IMG/VR virus record: IMGVR_UViG_3300008261_000001
Span: 62,001-126,000 of that record
Reading direction: 5' to 3' (one strand)
Length of the DNA stretch: 64,000 bases
Below, in pieces: positions 56,169 through 63,992 of this stretch; the first letter of the stretch is position 1, and each line of letters begins with the position of its first letter. Below the pieces are notes generated by a model. That model saw only the letters and a list, made by a program, of their open reading frames with translations, had not been told where the DNA came from and searched no databases. The position numbers were made by a program, and so were the translations under genes.

Positions 56169-56954
56169 TTAACCCTCGAACTCGGAGAACAGATCGTCTA
56201 GATTTAACTCGTCTATGTTCGAGGTGTCTACTTGAGTGAGGGGGGTCTTGGCAAACTCCTCAATAGCATCCATATCCGACACATTATCCAATAACTGAGC
56301 CTTAGGTGGTGTCGCTAAGGCTCGGTTCAACTCGTCCTCCGCATCTTCGGCTTCTTGCCTTCGGTCTAGATAGTCTTTTACGAGCGAGTCCGTGTTGGCT
56401 TGTGTGTCGGGTGCTTTGCTTGCAGGGAGCTTCAAGTCCGAGGGCAACCCAAAGTCTTGTGCCGTGTAAGCCCTACTACCCCAACGCTGACCTAAGCCCA
56501 ACTGCTCTTGGCAGAGCTTCAACTGATCCTTAAGCCTCCCTTGTAGGTCTTTCAAGTCCGCCCGCTTCGCTTTGATTACGGCTAAGACATCCTCCAAGTC
56601 ATGAACTGCAAGGGTCAAGTCATTAATGGAAACTTGCAAGGGTACTAAGCGAGTAGCCGCTATAGCCTCTCGCTCAGGCTGAGATCTGCCCGACCTCACA
56701 ATGGGGTCGTTCGTCATTAGGCTCGTCACCTCTAGCTTGTACTGCGTCTGAGCCACCAACAGATTACGCTTGTATTGCTGAAGGTTATGAGACACCTCCA
56801 TGAATATACGCTCTGTATTGGATAAATAACCGCGTACTTCTGCTGTCTTTTGATTAAGCCTCGATGGTCCAAACTGCAAAGGGTCTGCGTCTAGCTCCAC
56901 ATCCATTTCGGATAAACGCTGATAAACACCATCAATATAGTCTTGGGTTATCAA
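56169..56954 (-). CDS. Hypothetical coiled-coil protein with acidic tail
   Basis: TTG start after AGGAGG; long helical region, tentatively UvsY-like. Confidence 0.65.
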   Translation of the reverse strand: MITQDYIDGVYQRLSEMDVELDADPLQFGPSRLNQKTAEVRGYLSNTERIFMEVSHNLQQYKRNLLVAQTQYKLEVTSLMTNDPIVRSGRSQPEREAIAATRLVPLQVSINDLTLAVHDLEDVLAVIKAKRADLKDLQGRLKDQLKLCQEQLGLGQRWGSRAYTAQDFGLPSDLKLPASKAPDTQANTDSLVKDYLDRRQEAEDAEDELNRALATPPKAQLLDNVSDMDAIEEFAKTPLTQVDTSNIDELNLDDLFSEFEG

Positions 56955-57034
56955 TGTACTCGCCCCTCCTGCTAGGGTTTAGGTGTAGGTCAGCCCTATT
57001 ATATAAAGCTCAACCCTCAACCCCACCAAAATCC

Positions 57035-57898
57035 CTACACACCCACCTCTTTAGCCGTTAAGTGTCCATTTTTGTACAGCCAATAAAGCTGAAGACCTAG
57101 CGTTGGAATAATCAGAGCGTTCCAACCTATCTGTAAAGACTTCATCACCCAACCTCCAGGGATACCAGGGAACATCAGCGTCACCAAGAACCCAAGCCCG
57201 CTCTCAGGTAATGACGCAAGCAACTCCCCCCATGAGATCATCCCTAGAAATCCCTTTAGGATATCCGTGATCTTCCAACTCACCTCCGTCACATTTATCC
57301 AGATTATCCAAAATATGTAGGCTTTAGCGGGAGTGGTTAAAGCGGACAATAAGGGGTTCGCCTCTAAGAACTTAGTCATCCAATCCGTCAGAGAGCGTGT
57401 GCCTTTGGTGAGCTTGCCCACATAAGCTGAAACAGCGGATCTCTTTTCCTCTGGTAGCTTCTTTATGAGGTCTGTCACTAAGGAGGTAAGCGTAGGGGCG
57501 TTGTTAGCGTAGGCAAAGAAAAACCTAACGAACGCATACTTGTCCTCTAAAGATTTCTTCTTTGAATCTATCCATTTTTTCCCCTCGTCCAAGAACTTCT
57601 CGAACTTGGTGGATAGCTCTTTGTAGAGGCTCAAAACATTCGTAGATGTGATGCCGAGCATCTCTTTGAACTGCTCCCACAGCTTAGGTGCTTTTTGGAA
57701 GCCTTGATAGATTTCTTTAATCTTTGAGACAAGCCCTTTGATACTCGCCCGCTTAACCGAACCTTTGAGGATTTGGTTTCCAAAGGGGATGAGGGTAATC
57801 TCGTTCAGTTCTTGGCGAACCAAATAAGCAGAGGCTGTACGAACTCTTGGGGATGTCCTTACAGCCTCTCTACAGGCAAAAGAGATTGTAGATCTCAT
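57035..57898 (-). CDS. Hypothetical protein with RTAS N-terminus and hydrophobic C-terminal helices
   Basis: YIFWIIWINV, LGFLVTLMFPG and WNALIIPTLGLQLYWLY hydrophobic stretches suggest membrane insertion. Confidence 0.7.
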   Translation of the reverse strand: MRSTISFACREAVRTSPRVRTASAYLVRQELNEITLIPFGNQILKGSVKRASIKGLVSKIKEIYQGFQKAPKLWEQFKEMLGITSTNVLSLYKELSTKFEKFLDEGKKWIDSKKKSLEDKYAFVRFFFAYANNAPTLTSLVTDLIKKLPEEKRSAVSAYVGKLTKGTRSLTDWMTKFLEANPLLSALTTPAKAYIFWIIWINVTEVSWKITDILKGFLGMISWGELLASLPESGLGFLVTLMFPGIPGGWVMKSLQIGWNALIIPTLGLQLYWLYKNGHLTAKEVGV

Positions 57899-57940
57899 AG
57901 TGGGTTATCCTATCTGTTTAAGGATAACCCACTATAAAAG
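57897..57940 (-). promoter_or_regulatory. CTTTTATA motif plus a perfect 15-bp hairpin occluding the RBS and start codon
   Basis: ATAGTGGGTTATCCT (57897-57911) / AGGATAACCCACTAT (57921-57935); the minus-strand 3' arm includes AGGA and the AT of ATG. Confidence 0.7.
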
Positions 57941-57976
57941 ACTTACACAAGATAAGGGGTGTTGATCAAAAGCTAA

Positions 57977-58306
57977 TCAGCCCTCGCTATTGCCCTTAAT
58001 GAGATAAGTGAAGTTTCCTTTAATCTTCTTGATAGAGGCTTCCATCTGAGCTTGTGTGATAAGACCACCTGCGGCAGCTTGCTCGTGAGCGAGTACATTT
58101 ACATCCAAGCCCAACAGATGGGTTGCAACACGCACATCTGCATGGTCTAGACCCTCAGTCAAGTCATCAGGGGTTCCGTAGTTTGCAGTAAGAGAGACAA
58201 ACACATCACCACCACCGCGTGGGAGCTTCACAACACGGCTTACCATAATCTGAGTCACTTTGGTGTTCGACCTTATACGACTCACTTGTGCTTTCAAATC
58301 GCTCAT
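57977..58306 (-). CDS. Hypothetical protein
   Basis: 109 aa; GAGG RBS upstream. Confidence 0.65.
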   Translation of the reverse strand: MSDLKAQVSRIRSNTKVTQIMVSRVVKLPRGGGDVFVSLTANYGTPDDLTEGLDHADVRVATHLLGLDVNVLAHEQAAAGGLITQAQMEASIKKIKGNFTYLIKGNSEG

Positions 58307-58373
58307 ATAAAACCTCGTTTAAGTGCGGTAACTTACACCCCTTTATATAGGAAAGGGGGTTTAGAACACCGCC

Positions 58374-58796
58374 TTATTTACGGATTTTTCTCATGCGAGC
58401 GTTGATCTTGTTGAACACCGCCTCTACATCCTCGATAGCCTCGATAGACTCTTCCAAAATGGATAACGCCTTACCCAAGTCACCGCCAGGTAAATCGAGG
58501 TGGTTCATGAGGTTGTTCTGAAGGATACGAGCCTCAGCCCTAAGGGGGTTAGCCTCGTCCTCGTCAAAAGAAACCTCCTCGTCTTCGTCCAACTGAGATT
58601 GAATAGAACCAACCTCTTTCAGTACAGCCTTAAACTCCGACTTAACGGACTCTACTGCCTTCTTTAGACCACCGAGGTCGAGCTTCACATCCTTATCATC
58701 TGCGGCGATACGGCTAGAGAAATCATTACGACCCTCTAGGCGGGCTAAACGGGACTCAAGTTCACGGACTACTTCACTTGCTAGACGAGTTCTCAT
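58374..58796 (-). CDS. Coiled-coil protein with an MRTRLASEV..RLARLE leader
   Basis: ATG 58796 after AAGGA (preferred over track start 58865). Confidence 0.7.
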   Translation of the reverse strand: MRTRLASEVVRELESRLARLEGRNDFSSRIAADDKDVKLDLGGLKKAVESVKSEFKAVLKEVGSIQSQLDEDEEVSFDEDEANPLRAEARILQNNLMNHLDLPGGDLGKALSILEESIEAIEDVEAVFNKINARMRKIRK

Positions 58797-58919
58797 AGCT
58801 GTCTTATCCTTTGTAAGTGGGGTGAAAAACACATGGGCAACAAAATATAAACGAATAAAAATCATCCCAACCCTGGTTATCCATTATTAGTGAGGAGAAC
58901 CAACAGCTAGGAGAGCTAA

Positions 58920-59186
58920 ATGAACAAGTACGATAACAAGATCACCCAATGGCTCTTTGAGAGCCCCGCCAATAACTTCAACCTCACCCTCAGCGAGCTA
59001 ACCGCCCTCAATGACCACCTCAAGGGGATTGACCTCGACAGCCTTGAGATTGAGATGCCCCAAGCCTCTGTCTCTACCAAGAGACTCTTAAACGCCCTCA
59101 AAGGCGATTTTGGAAGGTCGGTCAAGTTTAAGGCTTTTGAGTATCTGATGGCTACCTGCCCTAACTTCGCTCAGTATTGGGACTGA
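58920..59186 (+). CDS. Hypothetical protein
   Basis: TAGGAG RBS; 88 aa; isolated on the + strand. Confidence 0.6.
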   Translation: MNKYDNKITQWLFESPANNFNLTLSELTALNDHLKGIDLDSLEIEMPQASVSTKRLLNALKGDFGRSVKFKAFEYLMATCPNFAQYWD

Positions 59187-59207
59187 AGAGGAGCTAGGGG
59201 GGTAGGG

Positions 59208-59822
59208 TCACTCAGAGTAAACGATCTCGCTCTCCACAGAGACTAAGAGAGACACCACTAGGGTATTCCTCTCTTTCTTAGCGGAGAGGTTCACCACCTC
59301 TAGTTCGGTCGTTATGTCTTGGATATCCAATCCACGAACCTCGTAGTTGAGTTCGAGCTTGGTGGCTTCTATGAGGTCTTGCTCTACGCTAGAGAGCTTA
59401 GACTTCACAACCGAGAACAAAGTTTTGGATAGATCTTCATAGCCCATGCCACCGAGTACTAGGGGTGTGCCTAGTACTCTTTCGAAATCACTTCCATCAT
59501 AGACATAGGTGAGAACCATCGAGCCACCTACTACCACTTGATCTGGATAAGGGATAAGCTCAGTCTCTCGTTCTGCTCTGTTGTATCGCTCGATAGAGGC
59601 GTAGCCCTTTTTGGCTTTAAAGTTCGAAGAACCATCTAGGTTAGAACCGAATCCTTGAAGGATTACATTTAGGACTTGATTAGCGACTTTATCGTCTCCC
59701 TCTGTTTGAGGGAAAACAGCATGGACAGGCTTTAGGTCTAAAGCCGCCCTACGAGTCATTCCGCTTTCGAGGCGGGCGACTCTCACCTCTAGACTTCTCA
59801 ATACTTCACTTGCTGTTCTCAT
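59208..59822 (-). CDS. Hypothetical protein with an MRTASEV..RVARLE leader
   Basis: 204 aa; leader shared with 58374-58796. Confidence 0.75.
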   Translation of the reverse strand: MRTASEVLRSLEVRVARLESGMTRRAALDLKPVHAVFPQTEGDDKVANQVLNVILQGFGSNLDGSSNFKAKKGYASIERYNRAERETELIPYPDQVVVGGSMVLTYVYDGSDFERVLGTPLVLGGMGYEDLSKTLFSVVKSKLSSVEQDLIEATKLELNYEVRGLDIQDITTELEVVNLSAKKERNTLVVSLLVSVESEIVYSE

Positions 59823-59871
59823 TTATAACCCCTTAGGTGAATCTTATTGTATCCACCTAAGGGGTTATAAA
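59822..59871 (-). promoter_or_regulatory. CTTTATAA motif plus a perfect 18-bp hairpin occluding the RBS
   Basis: TTTATAACCCCTTAGGTG (59822-59839) / CACCTAAGGGGTTATAAA (59854-59871); the stem ends at the A of ATG. Confidence 0.72.
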
Positions 59872-59883
59872 GAGACTATAAAC

Positions 59884-62800
59884 TCAGTTAGACCTAAGGA
59901 ACTCCCGCATAGCTTCCATAAAGCTAACGCTTGCAGTACGAGTATCGAGGGAGATCTCGGGTTGGATACAAGCCTCAGAGATGAAGGGGGAAGGACCGCC
60001 CTTACCCTTATTCCCACGGTCTGAGGGGTTTCTGTCAGGACCATAAAGAATCTTAACGCGGTCTTGCCCACGAGTGATAGCCACATAAGCAAGCCTACGC
60101 TCAGACTCTATATCAGAGCGAGGGTCTGGGAAGTATCCATTTGTCATAGGGAGGTACATATCCCTACACTCAAGACCTTTCCAAGCGTGCATGGTGCCGA
60201 GGAACACAGAGTTCTTATTTCGACCACCCTCTTCGTTGGACTTATCCGCCATCGTCTTCGACTGTTTCTTTAGCTCAAAGAAGAAGGTCAACCCATCTTC
60301 GAGGGTTCGTTTCTCGAACACACGATGGACTACGCGGGTTCCAGACTCAGCGTACTGAGCCATATCATCCAGAGTGACCTCGCCTGACTCGGTCTCTCTG
60401 GATAGATCGTCGATCTCGGCAGCGGACAAGTTTTCACCCGTGCGTTCCAAGAGGTTCTTACCATCTAGACCACGGATATTACGGCACACAAAGTCTATCA
60501 GTTCTGAGTTAGTCCCTTCGAAGTCCATAATAGACTTCAAAGCATCCGCATACGCCTTAGCATTGGACAATCTCTTGGTTTGGCTTGAAGGATAGAGCGA
60601 CCTCCAACCGCCATTCACCAAGAAATCTAAGGGGTGTTGCCCAGCGTGTCTTGCTTGCTCATCTAGGCTGGCATTGAACTGAGAGTCGATGTAAAACAAC
60701 AAGTGCTTGTGAGCCATCTTAACGGCTTCAAGTTTGTACACTGGATTGTTTGAACGAACCGACATCAAGTGAACAGGTGCAAGCATTGTGGCTGTGTTCA
60801 TTAAGTCTCTCTTACAGAAGTAAGGAACTCCAGCTACCAATAACTCAAACGCATATCCAGTCAGTTCTGCGTTTGTACGGCAACCAATACCGAACTTGTG
60901 TTGCTCACCATTTTGGTGAGACCAACCCTCAATCTCAATAATCTCAGAGATCTCCTTAGCCACCTCTACAGCACCAGGTGATTGGGGTGTCGATGTATTG
61001 ATGTGATCCTCTGAGGTAATCCGACCCTCTTCTTTTGTGGGTGTAGGATTACAAACCATAGGGATTTGTTTGGTGTTATGGGCGATGAGTTTATTAGCCG
61101 CTTGGACGATGTTGCGACCTGATCTAAAGTTTGTCCTTAAAACAGATGTCTTGAACTCACCATTGTAAGCGTCTGAGATGTTGATGAACTCCTCGGGTTG
61201 AGCACCTCTAAACTCGTAAATGGCTTGCTTGTCGTCACCAATGAAGCAGTATGTGTCTGCCGTCATACGACCATCACCATATGGCTGTAAGGTCTCGGGA
61301 TTAATATGACCTGCAATAAGACCGAACAGAGTGTGTTGTGCCTTATTTAAGTCTTGTGCCTCGTCTACGAAGATGTACTTGTAAGCCGCCTGCATGGAGC
61401 GGAGCTTAGACGGATTCTCTACAAGGGATTTATTCGCCCACACCAAAAGGTCGTCATAATCAGCGAGCTTCTCCCTTGTCTTAAAGTACATATAAGCACC
61501 ATAAACTGCCGCTACCGCTCCACCATTGCCCCCAGACCAAAGCTCGGTGGGTGACACCATATCCGCCATGTAGATACCGATCTCCTTCATGTAATCGGAT
61601 ACCTTCTGGTCTTTAGAGAGGACATCTTCCCTCTCGTAGCCAATGTTAAACCACTGCCCTACAGGCTCAGGTTTACCAAAGGGAGGGAAAGAGGCGAACT
61701 TACCCGTAAAGCCAGGAAATGGACCAGCCTTTTGGATAGAGTTCTGCCCACGATTTGTGGTGATGAGAGCATTAACTGTATCCCTAAAACCCCTATCGTC
61801 CCAAATGGGACTGCTCGGAGGTAAGAATGTGATGTTCCCTCTGTTGTCGATGTTTTGGATAGATGGACGAATCTTATCCAAATCACCTCTACCCCACGAC
61901 ATATTGTTATTTATAGCCCAAATCGCCTTCTCACCGATTACGCGGGCGGTCTCAATAAGAAGTCTCTTTAGCTCGTCCACTTGTTGTGTGTTTCCAGCCG
62001 CTTGATCCACTTGTACGCTCATAGACTGAAGTGGAGCGGCGGCGAGGGCGAGGTTAATGAAAGGTCTAACAAGTGGAGGGGTATTACTAGCAGGGTGATA
62101 AAGCATAACCTGCTCTATAGCCGCCTTCATCCACGCCTCTGCCTTAGACTCTGACATTAGCTCCACACCCCTAAGAAAACCAGAATCGGTACAAATCTTA
62201 TGGGAGATAGAGTGTGTCGTAGAGCCAATAAAACGACCAGAATCCGATGCTCCATTCGAGTACTTAGATGCCCTAGACTTCAACTCGTTAGAAGCCTCCT
62301 TGCCGAAGGTCGTGGCGATTATCTGATCAGGGCTGGCACCTAACTCGTTAATGGTGTAGGCGATCTTAGATGCCAACACACGAGTCTTACCAGAACCTGC
62401 ACCCGCAGCAATAATCGACTTACCCGTCACCATCATCGCTTCCTCTTGCTCTGGAGTGAGCCTTTGGATCTCTCCAGTTCGAGTTTGGAAACTTGTGTTG
62501 GTGTTGATTACACGACCCGCCTCTGCCAACAAAGCCTGCCTGTCTTCCGAACCTTTCGTCATATCCAAGAGCTTGTCGTACAAAACCTCGCGGTTTTGAA
62601 GCATCTTGATCTGCTCCCCTTCAGGCAAACCACCCGCCCTGATCCTCGCATCTAAGCTCTTAATCTCCCCCGCCAGCTTCGCTACCTCCCTTATGTCCCT
62701 AAGGCTTTGCTCCACAGGGTTCGCTTGCTCCAATAGAGCACACGCATCAGCTATCCATTTCCCTATCGACTGTGCCTTGCTCGCCCTCTCGACTAAGAGT

Positions 62801-63255
62801 AGACCGTTAAGATCCACCATAACATCAAGACAAGCATTGCTAACCCCAATCAAAGCTACTTGAGTCGGCTTATCTGTAAAAGCTGACTTCAAAAGAGGCT
62901 GACGAGTTTTAAACCAACCAAAAACACTCTTATAAACACGGCTTACAGCCACCACACGCTTTATCGTGACTTGTGGCGTCCCGACCAACCTAGATAAATA
63001 AGCCACTAAACGAGGCTTACTCTTTAAACCGTCAAACGCCTGCCCCTCAAGCAAACTTAAAATAGACTTCTCAGTTTCGAGAAACTCCTCTTTGAAACGC
63101 CTCAAGAGAGCCTCCGCATCTCCCATTAAAGCAGAAACATCGACACCGCTCTCTACAGAAAGCTCCTCAACAGCCCTAACAGCTAGAGAAAACTTGATTA
63201 AATCAGCTTGAAGCCTTGTCTCAGGCAAGGGTCCAGTAGCGGTCTTTACTCTCAT
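59884..63255 (-). CDS. UvrD/PcrA-like SF1A helicase with an N-terminal extension of about 260 aa
   Basis: LTPEQ, AAGAGSGKT, THS, VDEAQD, GDDKQAIYEFRGA, NFRS, RTNA, TMHAWKGLE and ERRLAYVAITR. Confidence 0.9.
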   Translation of the reverse strand: MRVKTATGPLPETRLQADLIKFSLAVRAVEELSVESGVDVSALMGDAEALLRRFKEEFLETEKSILSLLEGQAFDGLKSKPRLVAYLSRLVGTPQVTIKRVVAVSRVYKSVFGWFKTRQPLLKSAFTDKPTQVALIGVSNACLDVMVDLNGLLLVERASKAQSIGKWIADACALLEQANPVEQSLRDIREVAKLAGEIKSLDARIRAGGLPEGEQIKMLQNREVLYDKLLDMTKGSEDRQALLAEAGRVINTNTSFQTRTGEIQRLTPEQEEAMMVTGKSIIAAGAGSGKTRVLASKIAYTINELGASPDQIIATTFGKEASNELKSRASKYSNGASDSGRFIGSTTHSISHKICTDSGFLRGVELMSESKAEAWMKAAIEQVMLYHPASNTPPLVRPFINLALAAAPLQSMSVQVDQAAGNTQQVDELKRLLIETARVIGEKAIWAINNNMSWGRGDLDKIRPSIQNIDNRGNITFLPPSSPIWDDRGFRDTVNALITTNRGQNSIQKAGPFPGFTGKFASFPPFGKPEPVGQWFNIGYEREDVLSKDQKVSDYMKEIGIYMADMVSPTELWSGGNGGAVAAVYGAYMYFKTREKLADYDDLLVWANKSLVENPSKLRSMQAAYKYIFVDEAQDLNKAQHTLFGLIAGHINPETLQPYGDGRMTADTYCFIGDDKQAIYEFRGAQPEEFINISDAYNGEFKTSVLRTNFRSGRNIVQAANKLIAHNTKQIPMVCNPTPTKEEGRITSEDHINTSTPQSPGAVEVAKEISEIIEIEGWSHQNGEQHKFGIGCRTNAELTGYAFELLVAGVPYFCKRDLMNTATMLAPVHLMSVRSNNPVYKLEAVKMAHKHLLFYIDSQFNASLDEQARHAGQHPLDFLVNGGWRSLYPSSQTKRLSNAKAYADALKSIMDFEGTNSELIDFVCRNIRGLDGKNLLERTGENLSAAEIDDLSRETESGEVTLDDMAQYAESGTRVVHRVFEKRTLEDGLTFFFELKKQSKTMADKSNEEGGRNKNSVFLGTMHAWKGLECRDMYLPMTNGYFPDPRSDIESERRLAYVAITRGQDRVKILYGPDRNPSDRGNKGKGGPSPFISEACIQPEISLDTRTASVSFMEAMREFLRSN

Positions 63256-63263
63256 AAGTAGCT

Positions 63264-63307
63264 CCTATGTGTGCTTAGATTATCCAAACACACATAGGGT
63301 TATAAAC
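63264..63307 (-). promoter_or_regulatory. GTTTATAA motif plus RBS-occluding hairpin
   Basis: CCTATGTGTG (63264-63273) / CACACATAGG (63289-63298) covers TAGG of the TAGGAG SD. Confidence 0.65.
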
Positions 63308-63317
63308 AAAGTATAAA

Positions 63318-63992
63318 TTATAAACCCTTTGCCCCAATCCTTACATACCCACGCCTAGAACCTAACTCCCAATCACTACTTCTTAACAAGAGCTTCTTCG
63401 CACTACCTCGCCCCAAAAATACCACCTGCTTAGTCGTGTTGTTCCTTAAGTCTACACTCGCACTCTTAAACTCATAACCCAACCTCAACTTGTCCAAGTA
63501 CTCCCCACGAGCCACCGACACAACATCACCACTTGGACTCACCAACAACACCGGCTTATCCGACCACGACTTCACCTGCCCTTCCGACTTCACTTGCTTT
63601 ACTCCCTCTAGATTGGAAATCACATCGTAGTTCACCCTCTCAAGTCCATAATGCGTCCCAAACTGAAAACCATGCTCCACCACCAAGTGCTTCACCACAT
63701 CATGCTGTCCACAGCTATACACACCTATGTCCGAGCGGTAAATGTTCACCACCCCCTTCGAACATAAAGACCAACCTAATCGAAAATAATCGGATAACTC
63801 ATCTCGGTTAATGGATAAAACCACTCCGTTTTTCTCTATCCTTATTGGCTTAACCATGTTGCTCCTTCTAAGGTTCTCTCTCCTAGAAGCACAGCGAAAC
63901 CTACCCCTCAACCACTCCATGAAAATCGGGTCCCTGAGCTTAATCTTATAGGCTTCTATCCTTTTAACAGCTACGGAACCTTGCCTAGACAA
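63318..63992 (-). CDS. Hypothetical protein with an internal duplication; possibly 5'-truncated by the window edge
   Basis: KPIRIEK..LSINRDELSDYFRLGW and KPVLLVS..VSVARGEYLDKLRLGY; no in-frame stop before position 64000. Confidence 0.55.
   Translation of the reverse strand: MSRQGSVAVKRIEAYKIKLRDPIFMEWLRGRFRCASRRENLRRSNMVKPIRIEKNGVVLSINRDELSDYFRLGWSLCSKGVVNIYRSDIGVYSCGQHDVVKHLVVEHGFQFGTHYGLERVNYDVISNLEGVKQVKSEGQVKSWSDKPVLLVSPSGDVVSVARGEYLDKLRLGYEFKSASVDLRNNTTKQVVFLGRGSAKKLLLRSSDWELGSRRGYVRIGAKGL

Noticed and set aside
58337-58360. ACCCCTTT/AAAGGGGGT hairpin as a terminator
   Set aside because: No clear U-tract, and it overlaps the promoter-like TATAAAGGGG on the minus strand, so its role is ambiguous.
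57897-63298. Upstream hairpins as rho-independent terminators
   Set aside because: No U-tract follows the stems in either orientation; the 3' arm holds the SD or ATG instead.
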